A stretch of 47,395 bases of DNA from an uncultured Candidatus Saccharibacteria bacterium (GCA_964626635.1 CAZVFY010000006.1:1-47395); one strand, 5' to 3'; counted from the stretch's first letter, positions 38,431 to 46,919 are shown. Program-made: numbers and translations. The notes: generated by a model from the letters alone, not told the origin.

Positions 38431-39756
38431 ATGAGCTCATCAAAAGAATCGCAGGACTACTTAAATCCCCGTGAGAAGAAACTTGTCGCAAGTATGCACG
38501 CGGTGGGAATTTTTGGGGTTATGTTTGGGACACTGGTGTTGGTGACACTCATTTACGATGTTTCAAGAGTCAATCTCGGTGGCATATTATTCCTTGTTAG
38601 TGCATTGGCGGCGCTGCTAATTGCAAAAAATGTATATGACAGCCATTTAGTTGATACGAGCGCTGTTACATTGCGGCCCGCCACCAGTCCCGTCAGCAGC
38701 CAAGTATACGCCCAGTTATACGAGAAAAGCCCGGTTCCATATTTTGTTATTGATGCTACTGGTGACGTAGTGTCTTCCAACATAGCAGCGGGTAGGCTAT
38801 TGGGGCAGCAACAAGCAGTATTACTCAAACAAAATATGTTTCGTAATATTAGCATCAGCTCAGACGAACATAAATCTTTCCTGATCGAAAAGTTTCATAG
38901 CGGTATTGGTATTAGTGATGAGCTAGTTAGTCTCCATAAGCCTGACCATAGCCTGGTCTGGGCTCTGATGTCACTGTTTGCTTTTACTAATAGTAGCGGT
39001 GAGAAACAAGGTCTTATGACACTGGTCGACATTACTAAACAGAAGAAAGCCGAGGATGCCAAAAATGAATTTGTGTCACTGGCATCGCATCAGCTACGGA
39101 CGCCGCTAGCTGGTATGAAGTGGAGTGCCGAGCTCCTGCAAATGGAGAATGAAGAAAGCCTGACTGAGCGTCAGCATAAATATCTCAATCGTCTCTTGGA
39201 AAGCGTCGCGCGCATGGGGGTACTGATTGATGATTTCCTTAGAGTCTCTCGCTTTGAATTGGGTAGTTTTACCCCGGACTACCAAACTATCTCTCTATCA
39301 AAATTAGTCAACAATACCTTAGAGGAACAAAGACAAACTGCAGCAAACAAACAAGTCACGCTTTCAACTGATCTGGATCCTAATATTCTTGACATGGTCA
39401 CTGACCCGAACTTGCTACGCATGATAGTGACGAATCTTGTCTCAAATGCTATTAAATATACTGAGTCTGGTGGGTCGGTCACCTTTACCACTAAATTACA
39501 GGATCAATCAGTGCTTATAGTTGTGTCCGATACTGGTATGGGGATCCCAGATGAAGATCAATCACAAATCTTCACCAAATTATTTCGAGCTCGCAACGCA
39601 GTTCGCAATGTGCCAGACGGTACGGGGCTGGGGTTGTATATAGTACGCGAGGCTGTATCAGTGCTACGCGGACGTGTTACGTTTCAGTCTGAATCTGGTC
39701 GCGGTACCACGTTTGAAGTCGGTCTACCACTGTCTGAGCCAGTCGAAACTGACTAA
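38431..39756 (+). CDS. PAS-domain sensor histidine kinase
   Basis: ASHQLRTPL (H-box), NLVSNAIKY, DTGMGI, GTGLGL. Confidence 0.92.
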   Translation: MSSSKESQDYLNPREKKLVASMHAVGIFGVMFGTLVLVTLIYDVSRVNLGGILFLVSALAALLIAKNVYDSHLVDTSAVTLRPATSPVSSQVYAQLYEKSPVPYFVIDATGDVVSSNIAAGRLLGQQQAVLLKQNMFRNISISSDEHKSFLIEKFHSGIGISDELVSLHKPDHSLVWALMSLFAFTNSSGEKQGLMTLVDITKQKKAEDAKNEFVSLASHQLRTPLAGMKWSAELLQMENEESLTERQHKYLNRLLESVARMGVLIDDFLRVSRFELGSFTPDYQTISLSKLVNNTLEEQRQTAANKQVTLSTDLDPNILDMVTDPNLLRMIVTNLVSNAIKYTESGGSVTFTTKLQDQSVLIVVSDTGMGIPDEDQSQIFTKLFRARNAVRNVPDGTGLGLYIVREAVSVLRGRVTFQSESGRGTTFEVGLPLSEPVETD

Positions 39757-40130
39757 GCTTGAACTTTTTCTTGTACTTTTGTGAGCAGCTCTGACATGCT
39801 CCAGTCAGGTTTGAATAGCACATCCTCCGGCGGCAGCGATACTTTTCCCGCGATGACGTCTCTAGATTCAGAGGCGGTCAGGATCATGATTTTGGCTGTT
39901 TGCCCCCAGTTATCAGCGCGAATCTGTCGGTATACCTCGTACCCATCAATGTCTGGTAAACGAATGTCTAACAGGATTAGGTCTGGCTTTTGGGTTATGG
40001 CCAGCGCCACACCTTCGCTGCCGGTCATAGCGTGCAGGGTGCATAATTGAGCCATGGCCAGCAGATCAATCAATAAGTCCGCTAGGTACGTTGAATCTTC
40101 TATTATTAATACGGTTTTAGTATCACTCAT
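39753..40130 (-). CDS. Single-domain response regulator
   Basis: LIIED, PDLILLD, LTA, FKP; convergent with the kinase. Confidence 0.88.
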   Translation of the reverse strand: MSDTKTVLIIEDSTYLADLLIDLLAMAQLCTLHAMTGSEGVALAITQKPDLILLDIRLPDIDGYEVYRQIRADNWGQTAKIMILTASESRDVIAGKVSLPPEDVLFKPDWSMSELLTKVQEKVQA

Positions 40131-40197
40131 GTAATTAGTATACATTTTATCACCGTTGTGCCTAGCCAAAACTATATTTCACAGGCATTATTGCATC

Positions 40198-41340
40198 ATG
40201 CAACCACGTACCCACGCTGCACTGCTCGAGTATGTTGATACGATTGATCCCATTGCGTACCAACGCACCCGCAACCACCACGATGGTGCTGTCACCAAAT
40301 TGTCCCCGTACATTACCCGCGGCGTCATTACCTTGCCCGAAATCCGCGACCAGCTACTATCACGGCACAGCCCTAAGTCAGCGTATAAATTGGTCCAAGA
40401 ACTCGCCTGGCGAGACTACTTTCAGTTGGTTTGGTGGGAGCGAGGTGATGCGATATTCTCTGATCTACGGTTTGCGCGACCTGACGCGTATGGCGAGGAG
40501 TGGGCGCACCATCAGTTAGTCAGTACGGTTATTGCTGGCAATACCGGTATTCAAGCCATTGACGCGGCGGTGCAGGATCTGTATCAGACAGGCTATATGC
40601 ACAATCATTTCCGAATGTTCGTCGCCAGCCTCGCGTGTAACCTCGCCCGCGCGCATTGGCTGCCGATGGGACAGTGGCTATATTACCATCTGCGCGATGG
40701 TGACCCCGCCAGTAATTTTCTGTCCTGGCAGTGGGTAGCCGGCGCCAGTATCAGCAAACGCTACACCATCAGCCAAAGTCTCATCAATAAGTTCTCTTCC
40801 GCCGAGGAACACCAAGCACATACCTACCTGAGTTTTGACCGTGATGACATGTGCCATATCGCGATACCCGCAGAGCTAACTGGCAGTGAACCAATGACGC
40901 TGACGACACCGTACGACAGAGTATCAATCGACCAGCTACCGGCGCTAGTCGGTCGGCCGGTCGAGCTGTACACGCCGTGGACACTGCGGCCGTTGAAAGA
41001 CGGGGCGGAGTCTGACGCGATCCGCGTACTGCTGATTGATCCAAAGTGGTTTGAGCGCTTGCCAGTATCAGCATCCGTGTTGTCATTTATTGTTGAGCAA
41101 GCGCGTGTCGCCTTGTCTGACGTTGTGGTTCATGTTGGTTCGGTGGCGGATCTTGACCTTGCGAGCGCAGCCAGCATTGCGGCCTGGCGACACCAAACAA
41201 ACCAGGGTGACTATGACTGGTCACATCAGTCAGACGCAACGGTTAATTGGCACGATTGGCCACGATTATTCCCGGCGGTGTCCAGGTATCACAAGTCGTT
41301 CTTTTCTTATTGGAAAGCGGTGGAGAAAGGTCTAAATTAG
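40198..41340 (+). CDS. Photolyase-like protein beginning with the FAD-binding domain (short/inverted-domain type)
   Basis: YQRTRN...VTKLSPYITRG, ELAWRDYF, TGIQAID, GYMHNHFRM, DGDPASN..SWQW, all within the first ~190 aa. Confidence 0.82.
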   Translation: MQPRTHAALLEYVDTIDPIAYQRTRNHHDGAVTKLSPYITRGVITLPEIRDQLLSRHSPKSAYKLVQELAWRDYFQLVWWERGDAIFSDLRFARPDAYGEEWAHHQLVSTVIAGNTGIQAIDAAVQDLYQTGYMHNHFRMFVASLACNLARAHWLPMGQWLYYHLRDGDPASNFLSWQWVAGASISKRYTISQSLINKFSSAEEHQAHTYLSFDRDDMCHIAIPAELTGSEPMTLTTPYDRVSIDQLPALVGRPVELYTPWTLRPLKDGAESDAIRVLLIDPKWFERLPVSASVLSFIVEQARVALSDVVVHVGSVADLDLASAASIAAWRHQTNQGDYDWSHQSDATVNWHDWPRLFPAVSRYHKSFFSYWKAVEKGLN

Positions 41341-41371
41341 AAACTAAGAATTAGCAAATGCTAATTTGAAT

Positions 41372-41453
41372 GTGGAATACTTTGTACCAAGTTAAAACCT
41401 CTTTGATTGAAATGGAGGCACCCAACTTTTTAAAGATTGTTGATTTGTGGTGA
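41372..41453 (+). repeat. Cassette boundary site A (core + right arm)
   Basis: GTGGA-N18-AAACC followed by TCTTTGATTGAAATGGAG...ATTGTTGATTT shared with site B. Confidence 0.7.
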
Positions 41454-41514
41454 TAGAAAGAGTACAGCAATTGTTACTCTCTTGGAGCTTGACGTCTCCT
41501 GTATAATTACAGTA

Positions 41515-42024
41515 ATGGAACATAAACATATTAAGGTTCACAATAAAGCAGGTACTATGGGTCACTCAATGAGTGATTTTTATCCACTTATCGGTATTTT
41601 GTCGGTTGTTGTCGCGTTGACTGCTTTAGGGGTGCACTATTTCACTCAAGATTGGGTGCTGGCCTTTATGGGCTATTTCTTCTTGATCTTCGGCTTGCTC
41701 AAAGTAATACGCATTCGTGGATTTGTTGAGGCGTATCAAATGTACGATCTGCTAGCGAAGCGGAGTAAGACATATGCCTACATCTATCCATTTCTCGAAG
41801 TTGGATTTGGTGTTGCTTACATTCTTGCGTGGCAAGTATCATTAGTTTCAGCTGTAGTAGTCCCTATTATGCTCATTGGTGCACTAGGGGTGTACCTGAA
41901 ACTGCGGGAAGGAGAAGAGATTCCTTGTGCATGTCTGGGGACGGTGTTCAAGGTGCCGATGACCTGGGTGACACTCGGTGAAGATTTGCTGATGGCAGGC
42001 ATGGCAGCAATGCTTTTGCTATAA
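41515..42024 (+). CDS. MauE/DoxX family membrane protein
   Basis: FMGYFFLIFGLLK, F...Y.MYDLLA, YPFLEV, IPCACLG, EDLLM. Confidence 0.8.
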   Translation: MEHKHIKVHNKAGTMGHSMSDFYPLIGILSVVVALTALGVHYFTQDWVLAFMGYFFLIFGLLKVIRIRGFVEAYQMYDLLAKRSKTYAYIYPFLEVGFGVAYILAWQVSLVSAVVVPIMLIGALGVYLKLREGEEIPCACLGTVFKVPMTWVTLGEDLLMAGMAAMLLL

Positions 42025-42032
42025 TTACCTGC

Positions 42033-42422
42033 ATGAAAGTCATCGCTAGCCTAATCCTCACTTTTCTTCTCGGTGCAATGTTCGTGAGTTTGTTCCATAT
42101 GTCGATGGGTATGGATATGACTGGTGGTATGACGGATTGCCCATTTATGATTCACGATGAAGTAATATGTTCAATGAACATCGCTGATCATATAGGGGCG
42201 TGGAAATCAGTGTTCCTGGCTGTTGCTCCAACCCTCGTTCTTCTGCTTGCTGTAGCAGGAGCTGTAGCGTTTGTTGCTTCAGTTGCACCACACCTTTTTG
42301 CGCTCAAGCGCAGGTTGATCCCAATATTGCATAAACAGTTACGAGAACGAACGTACGCTTTTTCATATCGACCACTTCAAGAACTGTTCTCCAGTGGTAT
42401 CCTTCATCCAAAACTGTTTTAG
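42033..42422 (+). CDS. Met/Cys/His-rich hypothetical membrane protein
   Basis: HMSMGMDMTGGMTDCPFM...CSM...HI..WK; ends FSSGILHPKLF. Confidence 0.65.
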   Translation: MKVIASLILTFLLGAMFVSLFHMSMGMDMTGGMTDCPFMIHDEVICSMNIADHIGAWKSVFLAVAPTLVLLLAVAGAVAFVASVAPHLFALKRRLIPILHKQLRERTYAFSYRPLQELFSSGILHPKLF

Positions 42423-42462
42423 TGAGCGCCGTCTCTACTTTATTCAATAACCAAAAATTAAA

Positions 42463-43119
42463 ATGAACAATCAAACTATTTTGGTAGCCATCATTGCTCT
42501 CCTTATCGGGGGTATCGGTGGCTACACTATTGCAGACAAAGGCAAAGCGTACGAACAACGAGGATATAACAAGGAAGCGTCAGAAAATATACCAATGGGT
42601 ATGCACCGTATGCCTGACGGCACCATGATGGGTGATGCTGATACTGGCATGGGAGGTATGGGTCAAATGGATCACATGATGGCGATGATGGTTTCCAGTG
42701 AGCGAGAGTTTATCGAAGGTATGATTCCTCATCATCAAGAAGCGGTAGACACAGCGATGGAGGTTATCGAGCGTGGTGGCACAACACCTGAAATCAAACA
42801 GCTTGTTGAAAACATTGTTGTTGCACAAGAAGCTGAAATAGCAGAAATGAAAAAGTGGTATGAGGACTGGTACGGGGAAGTGTATGTAGACAATGGTGAA
42901 TACACGCCGATGATGCGTGAGTTGGAAAATCTATCGGGAGCAGATATCGACCGAGTCTTTCTTGAAGATATGATTGGGCACCACATGGGAGCGATTATGA
43001 TGGCTCGCAGTGTTCAACCATATGTTGAGCACAATGAGATTGCAGAACTAACTCAAGCAATCGTCTCAACTCAGTCTGCAGAAATCGCACAGATGAGGCA
43101 AATGTTACAAGGTCTCTAG
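42463..43119 (+). CDS. DUF305 (CopM-like) Met/His-rich protein
   Basis: MHRMPDG.MM, FIEGMIPHHQEAV, FLEDMIGHHMGAI.MA, Q.AEI.QM. Confidence 0.88.
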   Translation: MNNQTILVAIIALLIGGIGGYTIADKGKAYEQRGYNKEASENIPMGMHRMPDGTMMGDADTGMGGMGQMDHMMAMMVSSEREFIEGMIPHHQEAVDTAMEVIERGGTTPEIKQLVENIVVAQEAEIAEMKKWYEDWYGEVYVDNGEYTPMMRELENLSGADIDRVFLEDMIGHHMGAIMMARSVQPYVEHNEIAELTQAIVSTQSAEIAQMRQMLQGL

Positions 43120-43140
43120 GGAATAAACTTGCTAGATATA

Positions 43141-43298
43141 CAAAAACCGCTTGAATAAGCGGTTTTTGTTTTGGAGCAGAACTTCCATATTCTTCTAAAT
43201 ATTTCCATGTCTGGTGGAGCAGTTTGCTGGAGGTAAGAACCTCTTTGATTGAAATGGAGTGTGCAAATTTCTTGAAAATTGTTGATTTATGGAAATGA
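43141..43298 (+). repeat. Cassette boundary site B (terminator + left arm + core + right arm)
   Basis: CAAAAACCGCTT..AAGCGGTTTTTG hairpin; ATTCTTCTAAATATTTCCATGT (43189-210); GTGGA-N18-GAACC (43214-41); right arm shared with site A. Confidence 0.7.
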
Positions 43299-43409
43299 TT
43301 CACTAGTACTTGACCTTCTGCTTGGTTGAGATCCTAAACTTTCAGGCGCTTAAGGCTAGGACTAGAAACTATATTCTGTGCTATTTTTGTTATGCTAGTA
43401 TTAATAGAT

Positions 43410-43628
43410 ATGGAAATCTTAAAAAAGATATTTTGGGACAAGCCAGAGTCACGTCTTGGTGTAGGAATACTAGTTGGTGCTGCTATTGGTATCGGTATGG
43501 ATAACATTGGTGCAGGAATTGCTATTGGAGTGGCAATCGGTGTCGCTATGTACACCACTAGGAAGAAAACAGAAAAAGAAAGTCCCTTGGACGAAGATGA
43601 GGTTCAAATTAACAACGATAAGGTATAA
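43410..43628 (+). CDS. Small glycine-zipper-like membrane protein
   Basis: GVGILVGAAIGIGMDNIGAGIAIGVAIG. Confidence 0.6.
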   Translation: MEILKKIFWDKPESRLGVGILVGAAIGIGMDNIGAGIAIGVAIGVAMYTTRKKTEKESPLDEDEVQINNDKV

Positions 43629-43636
43629 ATTTAAAT

Positions 43637-43762
43637 ATGGAAAACATCGTATACATTCTTAGTTGGGGTTCACCGCTTGGCATTGGACTCTTCTTGTTCT
43701 TGTTAGCCGCTGGCGCAGGTATCTTTTTTTGGGGAGTGTCTCATCTTAATCAAGATAAATAG
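43637..43762 (+). CDS. 41-aa membrane peptide (below the ORF-track cutoff)
   Basis: MENIVYILSWGSPLGIGLFLFLLAAGAGIFFWGVSHLNQDK*, tightly packed between its neighbours. Confidence 0.55.
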   Translation: MENIVYILSWGSPLGIGLFLFLLAAGAGIFFWGVSHLNQDK

Positions 43763-43764
43763 CT

Positions 43765-44688
43765 ATGCGAGCAGTGCTGGCTGATGATTACGGACCACCG
43801 GAAGTATTGCGTGTTGCGGAAGTTGCCAAGCCATCACCAAAGAAAAACGAGATTTTGATCAAGGTGAAAGCTGCGTCACTTAACTCAGCTGATGTGCGTA
43901 TTCGTGCGCTCGATAGCGGTGACGGCATAAAAGGTGTGCTGGCAAAGATTGTGTTGCGTCTTATGCTTGGCCTCCGAAAACCAAAGCAAATTCACGGTAG
44001 TGTGTTGGCTGGAGTAGTAGAAGAAGCAGGAAGCGAAACGACACGTTTTAAAGTTGGTGATGAAATATACGCTATGACTGGACTCAGCTTCGGTGCATTT
44101 GCAGACTATTGTGCGTTGTCAGATAAGCGAGCGATGGCGTTGAAACCAAAGACAGCGGGTTTCGAAGAAGCTAGTGCGTTACCGTTTGGCGGGAATACTG
44201 CTCTCTACTTCTAGCGTAAAGCTGGGGTGAGTGAAGGTAAGAAGGTTTTAATTTATGGTTCGACTGGAGCAGTCGGGTCGTCTGCCGTGCAGGTCGCAAA
44301 ATATCTCGGTGCTGAGGTAGTAGCGGTTAGTGGACCAGATGGCATGGAATTAACGAGAGAGTTAGGTGCGACAAAGGTGTACAACTACCGAGAAACTTTA
44401 CTAGAAGACATCGAAGGTGCGTTTGACGTGGTGTTTGATGCAGTTGGCAAGGCAACTAAATCTAAAGCAGAACATTTGCTCGCAGAGAATGGGCAATACA
44501 CAACTGTCGATAGTCTTGATGTATCGAAAGAAACTTCTTCAGACCTTGAAGAGCTGGCTCAGATGTATGACGAAGGTTCGTTGGTCGCTACTGTCGACAA
44601 AACTTTTGATCTTGATGAAATTGTGGAAGCAAGTCGATATGTAGATTCAGGAAGAAAGAAGGGGAGTGTAGTGATGCGTATTTCGTAG
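43765..44688 (+). pseudogene. NAD(P)-dependent MDR/quinone oxidoreductase interrupted by one in-frame TAG (44212-14)
   Basis: ORFs 43765..44214 and 44227..44688 are in the same frame; ...TALYF*RKAGVSEGKKVLIYGSTGAVG. Confidence 0.8.
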
Positions 44689-44702
44689 CCACAACAGTGT
44701 AG

Positions 44703-45062
44703 TTATTGCTTCACCGAATGCAACATCAAATCGTTGCCATCTGGATCAGTAAACAGCGCCATAAAACAGACAGGGTTCTCGATGGTTGGAGCTAGGAATT
44801 CTACCCCTCGTTCTTCCAGCTCTTTACGAGCGGCTTCAATATCATCTGTATGAAGGGCAATATGCGCACCTTTTTGCGGTGTAAATGACATGCCCATTTT
44901 CTCTGGTTCCCAAATCGCAAAACAAGTGTCGCCGACCCAAAATTCTGTCTCGGCTTTTTCATCTGGTCGCAGACCGAGGGTTTCCACATAAAATTTCCTC
45001 GAGCGTTCTACGTTTGTTGATGGTATTCCAATAAAGTCTAATTTTGTAATCTGATTTTTCAT
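44703..45062 (-). CDS. VOC/glyoxalase family protein
   Basis: RSRKFYVETLGL, DDIEAARKELEERGV, FTDPDGN. Confidence 0.85.
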   Translation of the reverse strand: MKNQITKLDFIGIPSTNVERSRKFYVETLGLRPDEKAETEFWVGDTCFAIWEPEKMGMSFTPQKGAHIALHTDDIEAARKELEERGVEFLAPTIENPVCFMALFTDPDGNDLMLHSVKQ

Positions 45063-45095
45063 AATATGTAAATTAAATGGCAATAAAGATATGTA

Positions 45096-45731
45096 CTAAT
45101 TCTTGCTAATATCTCGCGCGAGAGTAAAGAACCAGAGGATTTGACTAATTATAAAAATCCCGATTCCTATATCTGCGAGGTAGGGCAGGGCTGAGATAGT
45201 TCCTCCGATAAAAACCAATGTACCAAGGATGCTTGTAGCCATTCCACTAAAGCGTGCCTTGTACATCGCGAGACTTACAAGTCCGGTAAAGACTCCTCCC
45301 ATTAGTTCATTACCTCCACCAAGAGCATCGCCGATAATGTTGATTGACTGCCAGGCTGAGGCAAGCTCATTAGCAGCAGTTCCATTCATGAGAAGGGTGG
45401 TGACTGCCATGGAGATAAACCCGCTGGCAATAAGGATCGTTGCCCAGATCACACCGGTAATTAAACTAAGGAGGCCAAGAGCTGGTTGCTGATTCTTGAG
45501 TTTCAAATATAGATAGGTCGCAAGCAGAATAATTCCAAATGAGAATATAATATATATATGTAGCGTGGTGATGTGAACTAGGACGGAGTTGTTGCTAATA
45601 ATAGTAAGCTGTTCAGTGGCTGACGTTGCACTGTCGTACTTTAATAATCGTAGATATACGAATATACCGCCGATATAAGATAGTCCGCCGTATACCGCGC
45701 TTACGGCGGCGAATTTTTTGAAAAGTGTCAT
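45096..45731 (-). CDS. DUF4386-like multi-TM protein
   Basis: IWATILIASG, ALGGGNELMGG, QILWF. Confidence 0.6.
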   Translation of the reverse strand: MTLFKKFAAVSAVYGGLSYIGGIFVYLRLLKYDSATSATEQLTIISNNSVLVHITTLHIYIIFSFGIILLATYLYLKLKNQQPALGLLSLITGVIWATILIASGFISMAVTTLLMNGTAANELASAWQSINIIGDALGGGNELMGGVFTGLVSLAMYKARFSGMATSILGTLVFIGGTISALPYLADIGIGIFIISQILWFFTLARDISKN

Positions 45732-45750
45732 ATAAAAAGTATACCAAAAT

Positions 45751-45832
45751 AAAAAACCTACTCGAGAGTAAGTTTTTCATTCTTCTATATATTTCTATGT
45801 TTTTGTGGACATAGTGAGTAAAACTTTAAACC
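45751..45832 (+). repeat. Cassette boundary site C (hairpin + left arm + core)
   Basis: AAAAACCTACTC..GAGTAAGTTTTT hairpin; ATTCTTCTATATATTTCTATGT (45779-800, 20/22 match to site B); GTGGA-N18-AAACC (45805-32). Confidence 0.65.
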
Positions 45833-46014
45833 CACTAAAAACCTACTTGGAATCATTCTGGGAGTACTACAACGGTTCAGTTAAGCTACAAAATGTCCTT
45901 GCGGCGCAATAGTTTCATCAGGTTTTGTAGCCACAAGGTAAGTATTGAACCTTGTAGTAAAGATGTAACGCGCGTGACCATTGACATTTACTGCAATATG
46001 TGATACATATATGC

Positions 46015-46915
46015 AATCGCAAGAACGGAGCCAGACATGGAGCGATTATGAGTGAACAGTGCGGGGAGAGAAACGATCTCGGCACTGACACAAAACCTGA
46101 AAGTTGAGTCGCGAGCGCGACAACGCTGGAGGGACGATCGTGGAGGATAGGTATGCAAAAAGCCTCCGCGGTGACACCGCCCAACCCCCTTTAGCGAAGG
46201 ACTGGGGTAATGGGTAAAATGCAGAGAAGAAAAAAGGATGTCCTTTGGGTCGCTGCAGTCGTCCAACAACTACCGACACTGCACAGCATTGTGTTTGCAG
46301 CACGATGTATGACCTACTCGAGAGGTTTTGTCGCCTCGAGTGCAAACGCTGCGATGTGCTGCTTATGGAAGTAGTTACTTATACAAATAAGTGACGGAGG
46401 TAAGCAGTACTGACCGGAAGACAGGCAGTCTTCTTTCCCTGAGCTAGCTTGGGTTCTGAGGAGATTGAGGATGGTGTATCGCCCATCGCTCGCATCGGCA
46501 GATGTGAGAGTAGTCAGATTCTTGACACGGGAATCGGGCCAGGTAGCAGGATGCTAGGTGACGGCGAGTTTAGAGCGGTATGAACATGTGTTCAATCACT
46601 GTATGTATCCTCGACTGTTGCGACAACGCTGCGTTGGTATAAAGCGTGCATCGATAAGACCCAACCAAACTAAAGAGCGACAATCCCAAGCTCGTGTTCG
46701 AACAGGGATAGCTTCATGTCAATACGATCGACAGGGAAGTGCGGTTGCCAGCCACGTTAGTTAAAAAACTGCTGGATACTCCAGGGTGAGCCCCTGGCGG
46801 AAGGAACGCCCTTTCGTTATCAAGACAGTACATATAAAATGCGCCCGCCGTGGGGCTACCACACGGATAACCCAACCCCTCAAGTAACAGTTAGGCTGAC
46901 TTGAGGGGTTTTTAT
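46015..46915 (+). ncRNA. Candidate large (~0.9 kb) highly structured non-coding RNA (GOLLD size class; family unassigned)
   Basis: No credible ORF; TTGACA at 45981; about 20 local helices with G-U pairs favouring the + strand; long-range complementarities; terminator at 46874-46913. Confidence 0.7.
46874..46913 (+). terminator. Intrinsic terminator
   Basis: AACCCCTCAAGT / ACTTGAGGGGTT perfect 12-bp stem plus TTT. Confidence 0.8.
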
Positions 46916-46919
46916 AAGA

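Noticed and set aside
43212-43290. tRNA or tmRNA gene on the minus strand ending CTCCACCA
   Set aside because: T-loop-to-CCA spacing is 5 nt too long and no cloverleaf can be drawn
44212-44214. Stop-codon reassignment or pyrrolysine readthrough
   Set aside because: TAG terminates conserved genes here (rpsS, rplN, rplE, secY) and TGA also acts as a stop; no evidence of recoding
41372-45832. CRISPR array or classical integron attC sites
   Set aside because: Only three degenerate sites separated by kilobases of genes; no cas or intI gene and no RYYYAAC...GTTRRRY hairpin architecture
45918-46764. Short ORFs in the large intergenic region (88, 93, 99, 68 aa)
   Set aside because: Mutually overlapping, non-ATG starts, no motifs; better explained as chance frames in a structured RNA
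46015-46915. Group I/II intron, RNase P RNA or tmRNA
   Set aside because: No interrupted host gene, no domain V, no GAGGAAAGTCC P4 motif, no tRNA-like ends; the ATATAGTC at 46925 lies in the ppdK promoter spacer beyond the terminator
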